From an uncultured Collinsella sp. (GTDB lineage Bacteria > Actinomycetota > Coriobacteriia > Coriobacteriales > Coriobacteriaceae), in the NCBI GenBank assembly GCA_959604825.1, contig CAUHCN010000004.1:4815-68814 (forward strand): DNA of 64,000 nt. Direction: 5' to 3'. The notes below the pieces were generated by a model. The model did not search any database. It saw only the letters and a program-made list of their open reading frames with translations, and was not told where the DNA came from. This document shows positions 28,349-39,377 of this stretch, one piece after another; the stretch's first letter is position 1, and the number at the start of each line of letters is the position of its first letter. The translations under genes were made by a program, and so were the position numbers.

Positions 28349-29846
28349 GATGTCCTCCAACTTGGCCGTTGCGTTCGCGCGCGGTGGCGCCGGCGGTAAA
28401 GCTTAATCCCTTGACGAGCGCGTTCTTGCCGTACTTGCCTTTCACGGCCAGGACGGCGCGCGCCAGGTCGCGCTCGCGCTCATCGGCCTCGATATCGCTG
28501 AACAGATCGATGGTGGCAAATTCCTCGGGCATGAGGTTGCCAAATCCCAGGTTGATGCGCTTGACCGGTCGTTTGGGATCGACTGTTTGTGCCCAAAGGT
28601 CATCGAAATACCCCATGATCTTCTTAAACGAATTAGTGCGCTCGGGCAGCTTTCGCGAGGCGTTGGAGTGCGCAAAGAGCGCGGCATAGCCACCACGCGG
28701 TTTGCCGCCGTGTTCGCCCACAAAGATGCCATCGATTGCCTGCGCTTCGCGCACCAGACGACGCCTTTCGTCATCGCGCTGGACGGGCTTGGGAGCACGG
28801 GGCGCGAGCTCGGGGCCGGCAGTTGCGGTGGGTTCGATGCTCGATGTACTCGAGCGCAGGTGTCCGCAGCCGTCTATATACTGCGCCGTGCCGCTGACGT
28901 TGAGCCGGCGTATGTCGGCGCGCTCGCTTGCATAGCCCACAAAGAGCGAGATGCTGTCGCACACCACGTGCTTGTCGATCAAATCCAGCACGGCGGCATC
29001 GACCATTTCGCGCAAGACGGTGTAGGCCTGCTCGTAGGCATAGCCCTTCGAGAGCACCTGCCCCGTGGTGGTCGAGGTCGCTTGCGGGCGATAGGCTTGG
29101 ATATCGGCGATGGTCGTTGGCTCGCGCCCAAAGGCGTGGTCGATAAGATATTCGGCATTGACGCCGAGCTCATCGTAAAGCAGGTTTTCGTCGAGCGCGG
29201 CGACACCCATCAGATCGTAGACGCCGTACTTTTCGAGGCGGGCTGCCACGCCGGGGCCGATGCCCCAGATATCGGTAATGGGACGATGAGGCCAGATCTC
29301 CTTGCGAAAGGTCTCGTCGTCGAGTATGCCGATGCGGCTGGGTACGTGCTTGGCGGTAATGTCGAGCGCTACCTTGGCCTGGAATAGGTTGGGGCCGATG
29401 CCGACCGTCGCCGTGATGCCGGTGCGCGCGAGGACCTCGTCGCGCAGCGTGCAGGCGAACCCTTCCGCATCTGTGTGATAGAGGTCCAGATAGGGCGTCA
29501 CGTCGATAAAGCACTCATCGATGGAGTAGACGTGCACGTCCTGGGGGCTGACGTATTCCAGATAGATACCGTAGATTTTCGCCGACACCTCCATGTAATG
29601 CTGCATGCGCGGTACGGCCGTGATGTAGTCGATGCCATCGGGAATTTCGAACAGACGGCAGCGATTGCGTATCCCGAGGTCCTTCATGGCCTGTGTGATG
29701 GCGAGGCAGATGGTCGTGCGCCCGCGCGATTCGTCGGCAACGACCAGGTTGGTGGTGAGCGGATCGAGCCCACGGTCGACGCACTCGACGCTGGCATAAA
29801 ACGTCTTGAGGTCGATGCAGATATAGGTGTGCTGCTCGTGCGCCAT
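28341..29846 (-). CDS. Y-family DNA polymerase (UmuC/DinB-like)
   Basis: CIDLKTFYASVE, YSIDE, DIWGIG, KYGKNA...QVGGH. Confidence 0.93.
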   Translation of the reverse strand: MAHEQHTYICIDLKTFYASVECVDRGLDPLTTNLVVADESRGRTTICLAITQAMKDLGIRNRCRLFEIPDGIDYITAVPRMQHYMEVSAKIYGIYLEYVSPQDVHVYSIDECFIDVTPYLDLYHTDAEGFACTLRDEVLARTGITATVGIGPNLFQAKVALDITAKHVPSRIGILDDETFRKEIWPHRPITDIWGIGPGVAARLEKYGVYDLMGVAALDENLLYDELGVNAEYLIDHAFGREPTTIADIQAYRPQATSTTTGQVLSKGYAYEQAYTVLREMVDAAVLDLIDKHVVCDSISLFVGYASERADIRRLNVSGTAQYIDGCGHLRSSTSSIEPTATAGPELAPRAPKPVQRDDERRRLVREAQAIDGIFVGEHGGKPRGGYAALFAHSNASRKLPERTNSFKKIMGYFDDLWAQTVDPKRPVKRINLGFGNLMPEEFATIDLFSDIEADERERDLARAVLAVKGKYGKNALVKGLSFTAGATARERNGQVGGHRA

Positions 29847-29860
29847 CCGTGTCCTTCCAT

Positions 29861-29891
29861 CAAACACATGTTCTTATCGAATACATGTTCG
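29861..29891. promoter_or_regulatory. two LexA (SOS) boxes
   Basis: CAAAC-ACAT-GTTCT (29861-29874) and CGAAT-ACAT-GTTCG (29878-29891); Gram-positive consensus CGAAC-N4-GTTCG. Confidence 0.8.
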
Positions 29892-30071
29892 ATAATACCT
29901 GCTTGCGCGGACATCGTCAAAACCTGTCCCTCTTTGGCGGGTATGGTCGTGCGGTTGCATCGGGTTTTTTAACGCAGCTCTAAAGAGCGCGAAACAGCTC
30001 GGAAAACCTCGCTTCGTAGCATGAGTCTAACGATTGATACCGCCTATACGCACGGAAGGGTTGTGGGGATA

Positions 30072-30596
30072 ATGGTCGACTATGGGTTTGGTATGCCGAC
30101 GCGCTTGGTTGCGGATGGGGATGTGGCTCGCTGGTGCGGGCGATTGGTTGCCCACTATGGCGGCACCAAGGCACTGGTCGTGCTGGGAGGCGACAAGCAC
30201 ACGCGTGATGAGCTCGTTTCGGCGGCGCTGGGCTCGCTCGATCGCGCCCTGCTCGAGCGCGTGCTTTTCCGCTGCGGTTTGGTCGGGGGCGACGGGGGAG
30301 ACGAGCTGATCGACGAAGCCGTGGCCCTGGCGACCGACGAAGGCGTGGACTTTGTCCTGGCGATCGGCGATGCCGATACGGCCGGCTTTGCGCGCGAGCT
30401 CGCCCGTCGTATGGCGGCGCTCGATGCCGGTGAGGACGGCTTTGTGCCTTATGGATGCATCGTCTCCGAGGGAAAAGTGCCCGCCGTTGTGGGTGTCGGC
30501 GAGGTTCCCGTTTTCGCCATTATCGCGCCCGAACTGCTGGAGGGCATTGGGTCTCCTCTGCGTGAGTTGCTCGGCAGCGTGTGCGCCGCGGCCTAA
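30072..30596 (+). CDS. hypothetical protein resembling the N-terminal domain of iron-containing alcohol dehydrogenases
   Basis: FGMPTRLV, KALVV.GG, VDFVLAIG, P.FAII.P; only about 174 aa. Confidence 0.55.
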   Translation: MVDYGFGMPTRLVADGDVARWCGRLVAHYGGTKALVVLGGDKHTRDELVSAALGSLDRALLERVLFRCGLVGGDGGDELIDEAVALATDEGVDFVLAIGDADTAGFARELARRMAALDAGEDGFVPYGCIVSEGKVPAVVGVGEVPVFAIIAPELLEGIGSPLRELLGSVCAAA

Positions 30597-30795
30597 TATT
30601 TACCATAAAGGGATAGGTTCTATTTGATTGGTAAAGCGTTTGACCTGCCAAAACAAACCTGTCCCTTTTTGGCCGGTCGCCGTTTGGGGGCCGATTGGCA
30701 ACGCTCGCTGATTATGGTCTTGACCTGCGCTAGAATAGTGGCATCTGAATGTCCGGGCGCATGGAGGCGTGCGCCCGTATGCTGAGGAGGACTTT

Positions 30796-32490
30796 ATGGC
30801 AACTGTTGCCGCACCCATCGACGCTACGTCGACTGCCGCTTGGAAGGCGCTCGAGGCCCATCAGGAGAAGCTCGAGGCCGAGGGCATCGACCTCAAGGCC
30901 TGGTTCGCCGCTGACGCCGACCGCGTGAATAAGTTGAGCTTTGACGCCGGCGACCTTCACTTCGATCTGTCGAAGAACTTGGTGACTGATGAGACCGTCA
31001 AGCTGCTGTGCGATCTTGCCCGCGAGGTGAAGCTCGAGGAGCGCCGCGACGCCATGTTCTCCGGCGAGCACATCAACACCACCGAGGACCGCGCCGTCCT
31101 GCACACCGCGCTGCGCCGCCCGGCAAGCGAGAAGGGCCAGCTCATCGTCGACGGCCAGGACGTCGTCGCCGACGTGCACGAGGTTCTCGACCGCATGTAT
31201 GCCTTCGCCGAGCGCGTGCGCTCCGGTGAGTGGAAGGGTGTTACCGGCAAAAAGATCGAGCACCTGGTGTCCATCGGCATCGGCGGCTCCGATCTGGGCC
31301 CGGTCATGGCCTACGAGGCCCTGCGTCCCTACGCCGACGCCGGTATTGACTGCCGCTACATCTCCAACATCGACCCCAACGATCAGGCAGAGAAGCTCAA
31401 GGGCCTCGATCCCGAGACCACGCTCGTGATTATCGTCTCCAAGACTTTCACCACGCTCGAGACCCTCACCAACGCTCGTGAGGTCAAGACCTGGATGCTC
31501 GAGCAGCTCAAGGCTCAGGGTGCCATCGACGGCTCCGATGAGCAGAACGCCGAGGCCGTGGCCAAGCACTTTGTCGCCGTTTCCACCGCACTCGAGAAGG
31601 TCGAGGCCTTCGGCATCGACCCCGCCAACGCTTTTGGTTTCTGGAACTGGGTCGGCGGCCGCTACTCTGTCGACTCCGCCGTGGGCCTGTCGCTGATCGT
31701 CGTGCTCGGCCCCGAGCGCTTCCAGCAGTTCCTTGAGGGCTTCCACGCCATCGACGAGTACTTCTGCAACACCCCGCTCGAGAACAACGCCGTCGCGCTG
31801 ATGGGCCTGCTCAACGTCTGGTACGTCAACTTCTTCGGTTCCAAGAGCCACGCCGTGCTGCCGTACTGCCAGTATCTGCACCGCTTCCCGGCCTACCTGC
31901 AACAGCTCACCATGGAGTCCAACGGCAAGCACGTCCGCTGGGACGGCAGCGCTGTGACCTCCGATACCGGTGAGATCTTCTGGGGCGAGCCCGGTACCAA
32001 CGGTCAGCACGCCTTCTACCAGCTGCTGCACCAGGGCACCGTGGTGGTCCCGGCCGACTTTATCGCTTTCGCCAACACTGCCAACCCCGCAACCGACAGC
32101 GGCCAGGACGTCCACGAGCTGTTCCTGGGCAACTTCCTGGCCCAGACCAAGGCGCTCGCCTTTGGTAAGACGGCCGACGAGGTTCGTGCCGAGGGCACGC
32201 CCGAGCAGATCGTCCCGGCCCGCTGCTTTGAGGGCAACCGTCCGACGACCTCGATCTTCGGCGACACGCTGACCCCGTTCGCACTCGGCGAGCTCATCGC
32301 CCTGTACGAGCACATCACGTTTGTCGAGGGCACGGTCTGGGGCATCGACTCCTACGACCAGTGGGGCGTCGAGCTGGGCAAGCAGCTTGCCAAGCAGATC
32401 ACCCCGGCCTTCCACGACGACGCCGCCAAGGCCGAGCAGGACGCTTCGACCCAGGCGCTCATCGAGTTCTATCGCGCTCATCGCAAGTAG
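30796..32490 (+). CDS. pgi: glucose-6-phosphate isomerase
   Basis: [39 protein letters not shown]. Confidence 0.97.
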   Translation: MATVAAPIDATSTAAWKALEAHQEKLEAEGIDLKAWFAADADRVNKLSFDAGDLHFDLSKNLVTDETVKLLCDLAREVKLEERRDAMFSGEHINTTEDRAVLHTALRRPASEKGQLIVDGQDVVADVHEVLDRMYAFAERVRSGEWKGVTGKKIEHLVSIGIGGSDLGPVMAYEALRPYADAGIDCRYISNIDPNDQAEKLKGLDPETTLVIIVSKTFTTLETLTNAREVKTWMLEQLKAQGAIDGSDEQNAEAVAKHFVAVSTALEKVEAFGIDPANAFGFWNWVGGRYSVDSAVGLSLIVVLGPERFQQFLEGFHAIDEYFCNTPLENNAVALMGLLNVWYVNFFGSKSHAVLPYCQYLHRFPAYLQQLTMESNGKHVRWDGSAVTSDTGEIFWGEPGTNGQHAFYQLLHQGTVVVPADFIAFANTANPATDSGQDVHELFLGNFLAQTKALAFGKTADEVRAEGTPEQIVPARCFEGNRPTTSIFGDTLTPFALGELIALYEHITFVEGTVWGIDSYDQWGVELGKQLAKQITPAFHDDAAKAEQDASTQALIEFYRAHRK

Positions 32491-32518
32491 TCTTTACGGC
32501 TGAGTTGGCTTATGGCTG

Positions 32519-32553
32519 AAAGGGGCCCGTATCCGTTGGGATACGGGCCCCTT
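32519..32553 (+). terminator. terminator after pgi
   Basis: AAGGGGCCCGTATCC-GTTG-GGATACGGGCCCCTT. Confidence 0.75.
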
Positions 32554-32726
32554 GCTATTTGGATAGGATGGAATGTATCGGGAGGCGCCTCGACGGGCAT
32601 CGCAATCGTCGAAGGCGCGCCGTTCATGTTTGGGACAATATGACATTTTTCCCGTTGCAAACAGCGCCGCCGTGGGTGTTCTGTATGATGGCTCAGACAA
32701 GGTTGTTCAATGACAGGGAGGCATAT

Positions 32727-33569
32727 ATGGCAATCAAAGCCATCGCAATGGATATCGACGGTACGCTCACCAACGACCAAAAGGTCATCAGCCCGCGTAC
32801 GTGCGAGAAGCTGCTCGCTGCGCAGGAGTCGGGCATTAAGCTCATCTTGGCTTCGGGTCGTCCTGCATGGGGGCTGCACGCCTTGGCGCAGGAGCTCGAC
32901 CTTCAAAACCATGATGGTCTGCTAGTTGCCTTTAATGGCGCGCACGTGGTCGACGCTCAGACCGATGAGGTCCTTTTTGACCAGGCCATGCCGGCTGACG
33001 AGCTGCACCGTCTGATTGATCATCTGCGCAATTTCGACGTGATCCCTATGATTTCGCTCGGTCGCGATTTGCACGTCGAGGACTCGTACCATTGCATGAT
33101 CACGCTGCCTGACGGCTTGCAGAAGAATATCGTCAAGTATGAGCGCGATGCGTGCGATCTTAAGATTCGCGAGGTCGAGAGCTTGCATGAGGTCGTGGAC
33201 ACTTATCCCGTGGACAAGCTGCTGACGGCGGGTGATCCGACCTACCTGCAGGCGCATTACGAGGAGATGTATGCGCCCTTTACCCAGACGCTTTCGGGCA
33301 TGTTTACGGCCGACTGGTACTTTGAGTACACGGCGCCCGGTATCGACAAAGCCCGTGCGCTCGAGGGTGCCCTGCCCAAGCTCGGTATCGATGCCAGCGA
33401 GGTCGTCTCGTTTGGCGACGGCCAGAACGACAAGTCCATGATTGAGTGGGCCGGCACCGGTGTTGCCATGGGCAACGCCGTCGATGAGGTTAAGGCAGTT
33501 GCCCAGATGGTAACCGCCAATAACAACGAAGACGGTATTGCAGTGGCGCTGGATAAGCTGCTGGGTTAG
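32727..33569 (+). CDS. Cof-type HAD hydrolase
   Basis: DIDGTL, ASGR, FNGA, DKA, FGDGQND. Confidence 0.92.
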   Translation: MAIKAIAMDIDGTLTNDQKVISPRTCEKLLAAQESGIKLILASGRPAWGLHALAQELDLQNHDGLLVAFNGAHVVDAQTDEVLFDQAMPADELHRLIDHLRNFDVIPMISLGRDLHVEDSYHCMITLPDGLQKNIVKYERDACDLKIREVESLHEVVDTYPVDKLLTAGDPTYLQAHYEEMYAPFTQTLSGMFTADWYFEYTAPGIDKARALEGALPKLGIDASEVVSFGDGQNDKSMIEWAGTGVAMGNAVDEVKAVAQMVTANNNEDGIAVALDKLLG

Positions 33570-33633
33570 AATCGCCGATTAATGCATGGTTTGGGCGCCT
33601 GCTTGCGGGCGCCCTTTTGTTAGGGAGGGTGCC

Positions 33634-34293
33634 GTGTCCGCATTTCCGTTCGACGCCGTTATCTTTGACATGGACGGTGTCATTGTCGATACCGAGTATT
33701 ACTACCTGGGCGAGACTGCCGCGTTTGCCAAGGAGCTTGGGCTTAACCTGACTCAAGAGGAGTTGAATGGGCAAGTCGGTACCTCGCATCAGTTCTTCCT
33801 GCATATGCTGGTCGATTGGTTTGAGCGCGCCGGTAAGGGGCATTTCACTGGCGAGGAAGCGTTGGCCCGTTGGGACGAGTGGGCGCATAAGCGTCCGCGC
33901 GACTATCAGGCTTTGATTAACCCAGGCGCCGTGGATACGATTCGAGAGCTGCCACGCCGTGGCGTTCGCGTGGCGCTTGCCAGCTCGTCTCCCATGGATA
34001 GCATCGAGGAAGTGCTCAACGCGTGCGGGCTGTCGGATGCCTTTGAGTATGTGGTGAGCGGCGAGCAGTTTAAGGAGAGTAAGCCCGAGCCCGACATCTA
34101 CCTGCATGCGCTGGACCTGCTGGGGCTGCCCGCGAATCGCTGCTGCTGCGTTGAGGATTCGGTGCCTGGCATCACTGCCGGCAAGCGCGCCGGTCTGACA
34201 GTCATCGCCAAGCGCGAGGAGCGCTTTGGCTTTAGTCAGGACGCCGCGGATAAGATTATCGATCAGCTGCCGGACCTGCTGGAACTCGCGTAA
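33634..34293 (+). CDS. HAD-IA phosphatase (beta-PGM-like)
   Basis: FDMDGVIVDTE, ASSS, KPEPDIY, EDS. Confidence 0.9.
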   Translation: MSAFPFDAVIFDMDGVIVDTEYYYLGETAAFAKELGLNLTQEELNGQVGTSHQFFLHMLVDWFERAGKGHFTGEEALARWDEWAHKRPRDYQALINPGAVDTIRELPRRGVRVALASSSPMDSIEEVLNACGLSDAFEYVVSGEQFKESKPEPDIYLHALDLLGLPANRCCCVEDSVPGITAGKRAGLTVIAKREERFGFSQDAADKIIDQLPDLLELA

Positions 34294-34443
34294 GAGCGCG
34301 TTAGTTGCGCGTTTTTCGGGTCCGATGAGTAAATACCCGACATTTTGGTGCGACACCTAGCATACTTTAAGCTAATGCGGGCTTAAGGACTTGTTGAATG
34401 CCCTTAAGCCCGTTTTAGACGTAATTGCGCTGGGAGAGGGTAT

Positions 34444-35187
34444 ATGCCACCGACTGAAGGGCTAACTGACGGTAAAGCAGCGATACCGCTGTACCAACAG
34501 GTCATTGATATCATTAAAAACGAAATCAACTCCGGTGCCTACAAGGCAGGTGCGCGGATACCCAACGAATTCGAATTGGCTGAGAGCTATAAAGTTGGCC
34601 GCGTTACCGTGCGACGCGCTATTGAGGAGCTCGTCCAACAGGGCTATCTAACGAAGCGACAGGGGAAAGGCACGTTTGTCAATGCCCCCAAGCTCAAGCG
34701 CAAGATTCGCCAGAAGGATGACGTCCAGAGTTTTTCGGACGCATGCCGCGCTAACGGAATGGAACCGGGGGCGTGTGTCATTTCGAGAAAGATACTGCCG
34801 GCGGATTCCACCGAAGCACAGTTCTTTGGTGTTCCCGTTGGAACTGACTTGATTTGCGTTGAGCGCGTGCGTACTGCCGATGGCGTCCCTGTCATGCTTG
34901 AGAACAACATATACGTTTACGAGGACAACGCCTATCTATCAACGGCGCCTCTATCTAACCAATCCATTTTTGAGTTCGTGCGCAACCGGACGGGGCGGAC
35001 GCCTGCGTTTACCGACCCGTGCACGCTCGAGATCGCGTGCGCATCGCCCGAGGTCGCTCGGTTGCTGGCGGTTCCCGTTGGCGAACCCTTGTTTTATATG
35101 GAAGCCTTCTTCTTTGATGAGCAGCGGCGGCCGTTTATCATCGGTCGTCAGCGGATCGTTGGGTCTCGCTACGTTTTTGACATCTAG
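34444..35187 (+). CDS. GntR/HutC (FrlR-like) regulator
   Basis: PLYQQV, PNEFEL, RVTVRRA, QGKGTFV plus a UTRA-like C-terminus. Confidence 0.92.
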   Translation: MPPTEGLTDGKAAIPLYQQVIDIIKNEINSGAYKAGARIPNEFELAESYKVGRVTVRRAIEELVQQGYLTKRQGKGTFVNAPKLKRKIRQKDDVQSFSDACRANGMEPGACVISRKILPADSTEAQFFGVPVGTDLICVERVRTADGVPVMLENNIYVYEDNAYLSTAPLSNQSIFEFVRNRTGRTPAFTDPCTLEIACASPEVARLLAVPVGEPLFYMEAFFFDEQRRPFIIGRQRIVGSRYVFDI

Positions 35188-35330
35188 GACATTGCGAATG
35201 GAGACGCCCGGTGGATCATCTCACCGGGCGTTTCCATACCGTTCACGGCGCAAACGCAACCGTTCAACCGCGTTGCGGCAATCAGTTTGAAATTATCTTG
35301 ATGACGAGAAAAGCTGCTGGTAATCTATAG

Positions 35331-35346
35331 AACGTCATAGAACGTT
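35331..35346. promoter_or_regulatory. GntR/HutC-type operator
   Basis: AACGTCATAGAACGTT palindrome containing GT-N2-TA-N2-AC, upstream of the catabolic operon. Confidence 0.65.
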
Positions 35347-35405
35347 TGCCTTGTGCAGACGTTGAAGCGAGATGCGATGCAGTCTCGAGTTCTTTGGAGG
35401 TATCT

Positions 35406-36869
35406 ATGTCAGATACGAAGGCGAAGAAGACAAACAGACGTTTTAAGTTCAAATTACCGCATGTCTATACGATCATGTTCTTGCTGATCGTTGTCTTTGC
35501 GGTCCTGACTTGGATCGTTCCCTCTGGTCAGTATCAGCGCAAGACGATTTCGACAGCGGCGGGCGAGCGTGAAGTCGCCGTTGCTGGAACCTATGAACAG
35601 GTCGATAAGAACTACACCGATTCCGAGACCGGCGAGACCATCAATCTGGGTCAGGATATCTTCGCGGTCCTGCAAGCGCCCACTAAGGGCATCCAAGAGG
35701 CTGCCGACGTCGTTGCGTTCGTCTTATTGATTGGCGGATCGTTCGCAATCATCACCAAGACCAACGCTTTGAATGCCGGCATGAGCCGTGTGATTAAAAA
35801 GCTCAAGAACAAGGACATCCTCATCATTCCCATCACGATGACGTTGCTGTCCATTTGCGGCACTACGTTTGGTATGTCTGAGGAAGCCCTGCCGTTCTAT
35901 GCCATCTTCATTCCCATCATGATGGGTATCGGTTATGACTCGATGACGGCATTCATCATCTGCTTCCTTGGTCCTAACCTGGGATATTGTGCTTCGACCA
36001 TCGACCCGTTTAACGTCTTGATCGCACAGGGCATTATCGGCATCGAGGGCAATCCGCAACTGTGGCTGCGCGCCGTTTCTTGGGCCATCTTCACTGCCGT
36101 CGGTATCGCATGGGCCATGCGCTACGCCATGCGCGTCAAGAAAAACCCCGAGTCGTCCATTACGTACGAGGACGATAAGCTCAAGCGTATCGAGTTTTCC
36201 GTGACCGATGCCTCCATCGAGGAAGAGTTCACTATCCGTCAGAAGCTCGTGCTTATCGATTTTGCTTGCGGTATGGGCATTATCGTCTGGGGTCTTGTTA
36301 CCCAGGGTTGGTACATGAATGAGATTTCCGCCGTGTTCCTTGGCATGGGCTTGCTTGCCGGTATCCTGGGCGGTCTTGACCAGCAGACGATTGCTGAGGA
36401 GTTCGTTAAAGGTCTCGCCGACTTTGCGTACGCCGCCATCGTTATTGGTATCGCTCGCGGTATTCTGGTCATCGCCGAGGGCGGCATGATCATCGACACC
36501 ATTCTCCAGGCGCTCGCTACTGCGCTCGCCGGTGCACCCGCCGCCGTCTACACCACGTTTATGTATATCGTCCTTGGCCTGCTCTCTTTGCTGGTTCCCT
36601 CGAGTTCTGGCCTGGCGGCGCTCACCATGCCTGTTATGGGCCCCCTGACCGAGCTTATGGGCCTCAATCCCGAGGCAGCCGTTACCGCGCTCCAGTTTGC
36701 TAATCAGACCATCAACACCATCAGTCCCGTGGCGGGCATGACGGTCGCCGGCCTTGCCGTGGCAAAGATCTCGTTTGGCCAATGGTGGAAGACCATTTGG
36801 AAGTTCTTCATTTTCATGGTCGTCTTTGGCCTGATCGTAACGGCAATCTCTGGCATGCTTCCGGTGTAG
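35406..36869 (+). CDS. YfcC/DcuC-like (ArcD-type) transporter
   Basis: PHVY, TWIVPSGQY, GMSEE, VPSSSG; many TM segments. Confidence 0.88.
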   Translation: MSDTKAKKTNRRFKFKLPHVYTIMFLLIVVFAVLTWIVPSGQYQRKTISTAAGEREVAVAGTYEQVDKNYTDSETGETINLGQDIFAVLQAPTKGIQEAADVVAFVLLIGGSFAIITKTNALNAGMSRVIKKLKNKDILIIPITMTLLSICGTTFGMSEEALPFYAIFIPIMMGIGYDSMTAFIICFLGPNLGYCASTIDPFNVLIAQGIIGIEGNPQLWLRAVSWAIFTAVGIAWAMRYAMRVKKNPESSITYEDDKLKRIEFSVTDASIEEEFTIRQKLVLIDFACGMGIIVWGLVTQGWYMNEISAVFLGMGLLAGILGGLDQQTIAEEFVKGLADFAYAAIVIGIARGILVIAEGGMIIDTILQALATALAGAPAAVYTTFMYIVLGLLSLLVPSSSGLAALTMPVMGPLTELMGLNPEAAVTALQFANQTINTISPVAGMTVAGLAVAKISFGQWWKTIWKFFIFMVVFGLIVTAISGMLPV

Positions 36870-36878
36870 GTGGTTGTG

Positions 36879-38462
36879 ATGTCTGATCGTTTGACGGTCC
36901 TGACGTCTAAGAGCGTCTTTACCGGTACGGGGGACCTGCCGTTTGAAGGTTTCGTAGCGGTCCGTGGCAATCGAATTGAGGCTGTTGGCACCAAGTGTGA
37001 GGTAGCTTCGTATTTGACCCAAGCGGACGAGGTAGTTGACCTGGGCGACCGCACCGTCATGCCTGGCCTGATCGATGTGCATACCTTCTATACGGGCTGG
37101 GCGCTGCGGACGTTGGGGTCTGATCTGTCCGGCGTCGCCGATGCCAAAGAGGCCGTGTCGCTCTTGCGTGCATGGAAAGAAGATCATCCGGATTGCGCGG
37201 CGGCTTTTGGCCACAACCTACCCGAAACGCTGGCATCGGATGCCGAGAACGCAAATACGGCGGCTGTGTTTGACGATTGTTTTGGCGATATCCCTGTCGT
37301 CTGCTTTACACCGGGTGCGGAGACCTGCGTTCTCAATGCTGCCGCCAGTGCGCGATACGGCTTTACACCGCAGGCGTGCTATGCCGAGAAGATCTGGCGC
37401 ATGATGAGCGATTTCCTCGCGCTGCCCGAGGTACGTGCGGGGTATTCGGACTACATGAGCATGCTTAACGAGCGCGGCGTTACCGCCATCAAGGAGATGG
37501 CGTTTGATGACTACTACGGCTTTGCCGACGAAATGGCTCGCCGTGAGGAATCTGGTGAGCTGACGGTTCGCGTCTCTATGATGTCGCAGCCGGTGGGCGC
37601 TGGTGCAAATCTGGCATATGCCCGCGAGGCACGAGAGCGCTTCCGGGGACCGTTCGTTCGTTTTTCTGGCTTCAACCGTATGACCGATCGCGGCGTATGG
37701 GCGGGGCTTGCCGAGATGATTGACCCCTATGAGGACGCGGCCGATGCGGGAGCCGCCGGCAAGACGGTCGTCGAGGAGCCCGAGTGGGATCTGATTGAGA
37801 ACGAGCTACGTGCAATTGATGCTGACGGCTTCCGATATTCCTTGCATTGCCAGGGAGATGGCGCCGTTCGTCGCACCGTGGCGCTCTATGCCTCGCTGCC
37901 TCGAGACGAACATGGACGGATGCTTCGCCGCCATGCGATTACCGATCTCGAGAACTCTGACCCGACCGATCTTATCGAGTTTGGCAAGTTAGGTGGAATT
38001 TGCGAGGTCTATCCGCAGATTCTGACGCTGGACCGGCGCGAGGATTGCCTATCGATGATGCGTCGACAAATTGGCGAGACGCGACTTTTACACAGCTGGA
38101 ATCGCCGCGGCATGGAAGATTCCGGATGCACGGTGTGCTGTGGTACGGATTTGCCGCTGCTGATTCCGAGCCTGGGCGAGTCAATCTACAGCGCGTGCGG
38201 CGGATACTTCGACGATGGACTGCCCGTGAATGAGGCCAACGTGCTGACGCTTGTCGAGCTCTTGCGCGCTTGGACTGCCGGGGGCGCGTACGATCTGATG
38301 CGCGAAGACGAGCTGGGTACGCTTGAGGTTGGCAAGCTTGCCGATATCTGCGTGCTCGATCGGGATGTGTTCGACCTCGATTATCGCGACGCACGCGATC
38401 TTGCGGTTGATATGACGATGTCGGACGGACAAATCGTGTTCGATCGAAATAAGGAGGCATAA
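36879..38462 (+). CDS. YtcJ-like amidohydrolase (Amidohydro_3)
   Basis: PGLIDVH, HCQGD, GTD, GTLEVGKLAD. Confidence 0.85.
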   Translation: MSDRLTVLTSKSVFTGTGDLPFEGFVAVRGNRIEAVGTKCEVASYLTQADEVVDLGDRTVMPGLIDVHTFYTGWALRTLGSDLSGVADAKEAVSLLRAWKEDHPDCAAAFGHNLPETLASDAENANTAAVFDDCFGDIPVVCFTPGAETCVLNAAASARYGFTPQACYAEKIWRMMSDFLALPEVRAGYSDYMSMLNERGVTAIKEMAFDDYYGFADEMARREESGELTVRVSMMSQPVGAGANLAYAREARERFRGPFVRFSGFNRMTDRGVWAGLAEMIDPYEDAADAGAAGKTVVEEPEWDLIENELRAIDADGFRYSLHCQGDGAVRRTVALYASLPRDEHGRMLRRHAITDLENSDPTDLIEFGKLGGICEVYPQILTLDRREDCLSMMRRQIGETRLLHSWNRRGMEDSGCTVCCGTDLPLLIPSLGESIYSACGGYFDDGLPVNEANVLTLVELLRAWTAGGAYDLMREDELGTLEVGKLADICVLDRDVFDLDYRDARDLAVDMTMSDGQIVFDRNKEA

Positions 38463-38463
38463 G

Positions 38464-39315
38464 GTGTCTGAATCCAAACCGACGCTGCGCCGCGAACAGA
38501 TTGCGGGCATGAATATCCACTACATCATGTGGTCGCTCGATTACTTCCTTGACGCGCAGCAGCGTTTGGGCTTTGAGTCCATTGAGCTGTGGTGTGCGGA
38601 GCCGCATGTGACGCTCGACCACACGGGCTACTTTGAGGCTGAGGTCCTGGCGAAAAAGGCTGCAGACCGTGGGCTTAGGTATCGTACTCTGTGCCCCGAG
38701 AATGTTGTCTATCCTTGGCAATACTGCGCACGCAAGCCGCTGCATGAACAGCGCAGCCTGGCGTACTTTAAGCACGGCATTGAGCTTGCCGAGGTACTTG
38801 GGTGCGACCGTATGTCCGTCAACTCGGGCTGGGGCGACTGGGACGAGGATCGCGAGGAAGCCTGGAAGCGCAGCCGCGAGCACTTGTCCATTCTAGCGGA
38901 GTATGCCGGCGAGCACGGTCTGGTGCTTACGATGGAAAGCCTGCGTCCCGAGGAGAGCAACCTTGTGACGACGGTTTCCGATGCGAAGCGCATGATTGAC
39001 GAGGTCGCGAGCCCGTACTTACAGCCCATGGTTGATACAACCGCGATGGGCGTTGCAGGCGAGACGCTCGAGGACTGGTTTGCCGCCTTTGGTGATGGGG
39101 CAATTCACGAGATGCACTTTATCGACGGTGACCCGTATGGCCATCTGGTGTGGGGCGATGGCAAGCACGATATGGACGCCTTCGTCGCCACGCTCAACGC
39201 CCATGGTTTTGACGGCATGCTGGGCCAGGAAATCACGGACGGTCGTTACTACGATGACCCGGCGGCGGCAGATGCCAAGAACATGGCCGCATTCGAGAAA
39301 TATCTGATTGACTAA
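38464..39315 (+). CDS. frlC: fructoselysine 3-epimerase-like TIM-barrel protein
   Basis: IELWC..PH, MESL.PEES, MVD, HFID, HLVWGDG; frl context. Confidence 0.72.
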   Translation: MSESKPTLRREQIAGMNIHYIMWSLDYFLDAQQRLGFESIELWCAEPHVTLDHTGYFEAEVLAKKAADRGLRYRTLCPENVVYPWQYCARKPLHEQRSLAYFKHGIELAEVLGCDRMSVNSGWGDWDEDREEAWKRSREHLSILAEYAGEHGLVLTMESLRPEESNLVTTVSDAKRMIDEVASPYLQPMVDTTAMGVAGETLEDWFAAFGDGAIHEMHFIDGDPYGHLVWGDGKHDMDAFVATLNAHGFDGMLGQEITDGRYYDDPAAADAKNMAAFEKYLID

Positions 39316-39377
39316 AACAACTATCGGCCACGCAGCCAATCTCATTGATTGCGGACCAAACAAGAAAGGAACTGGAT

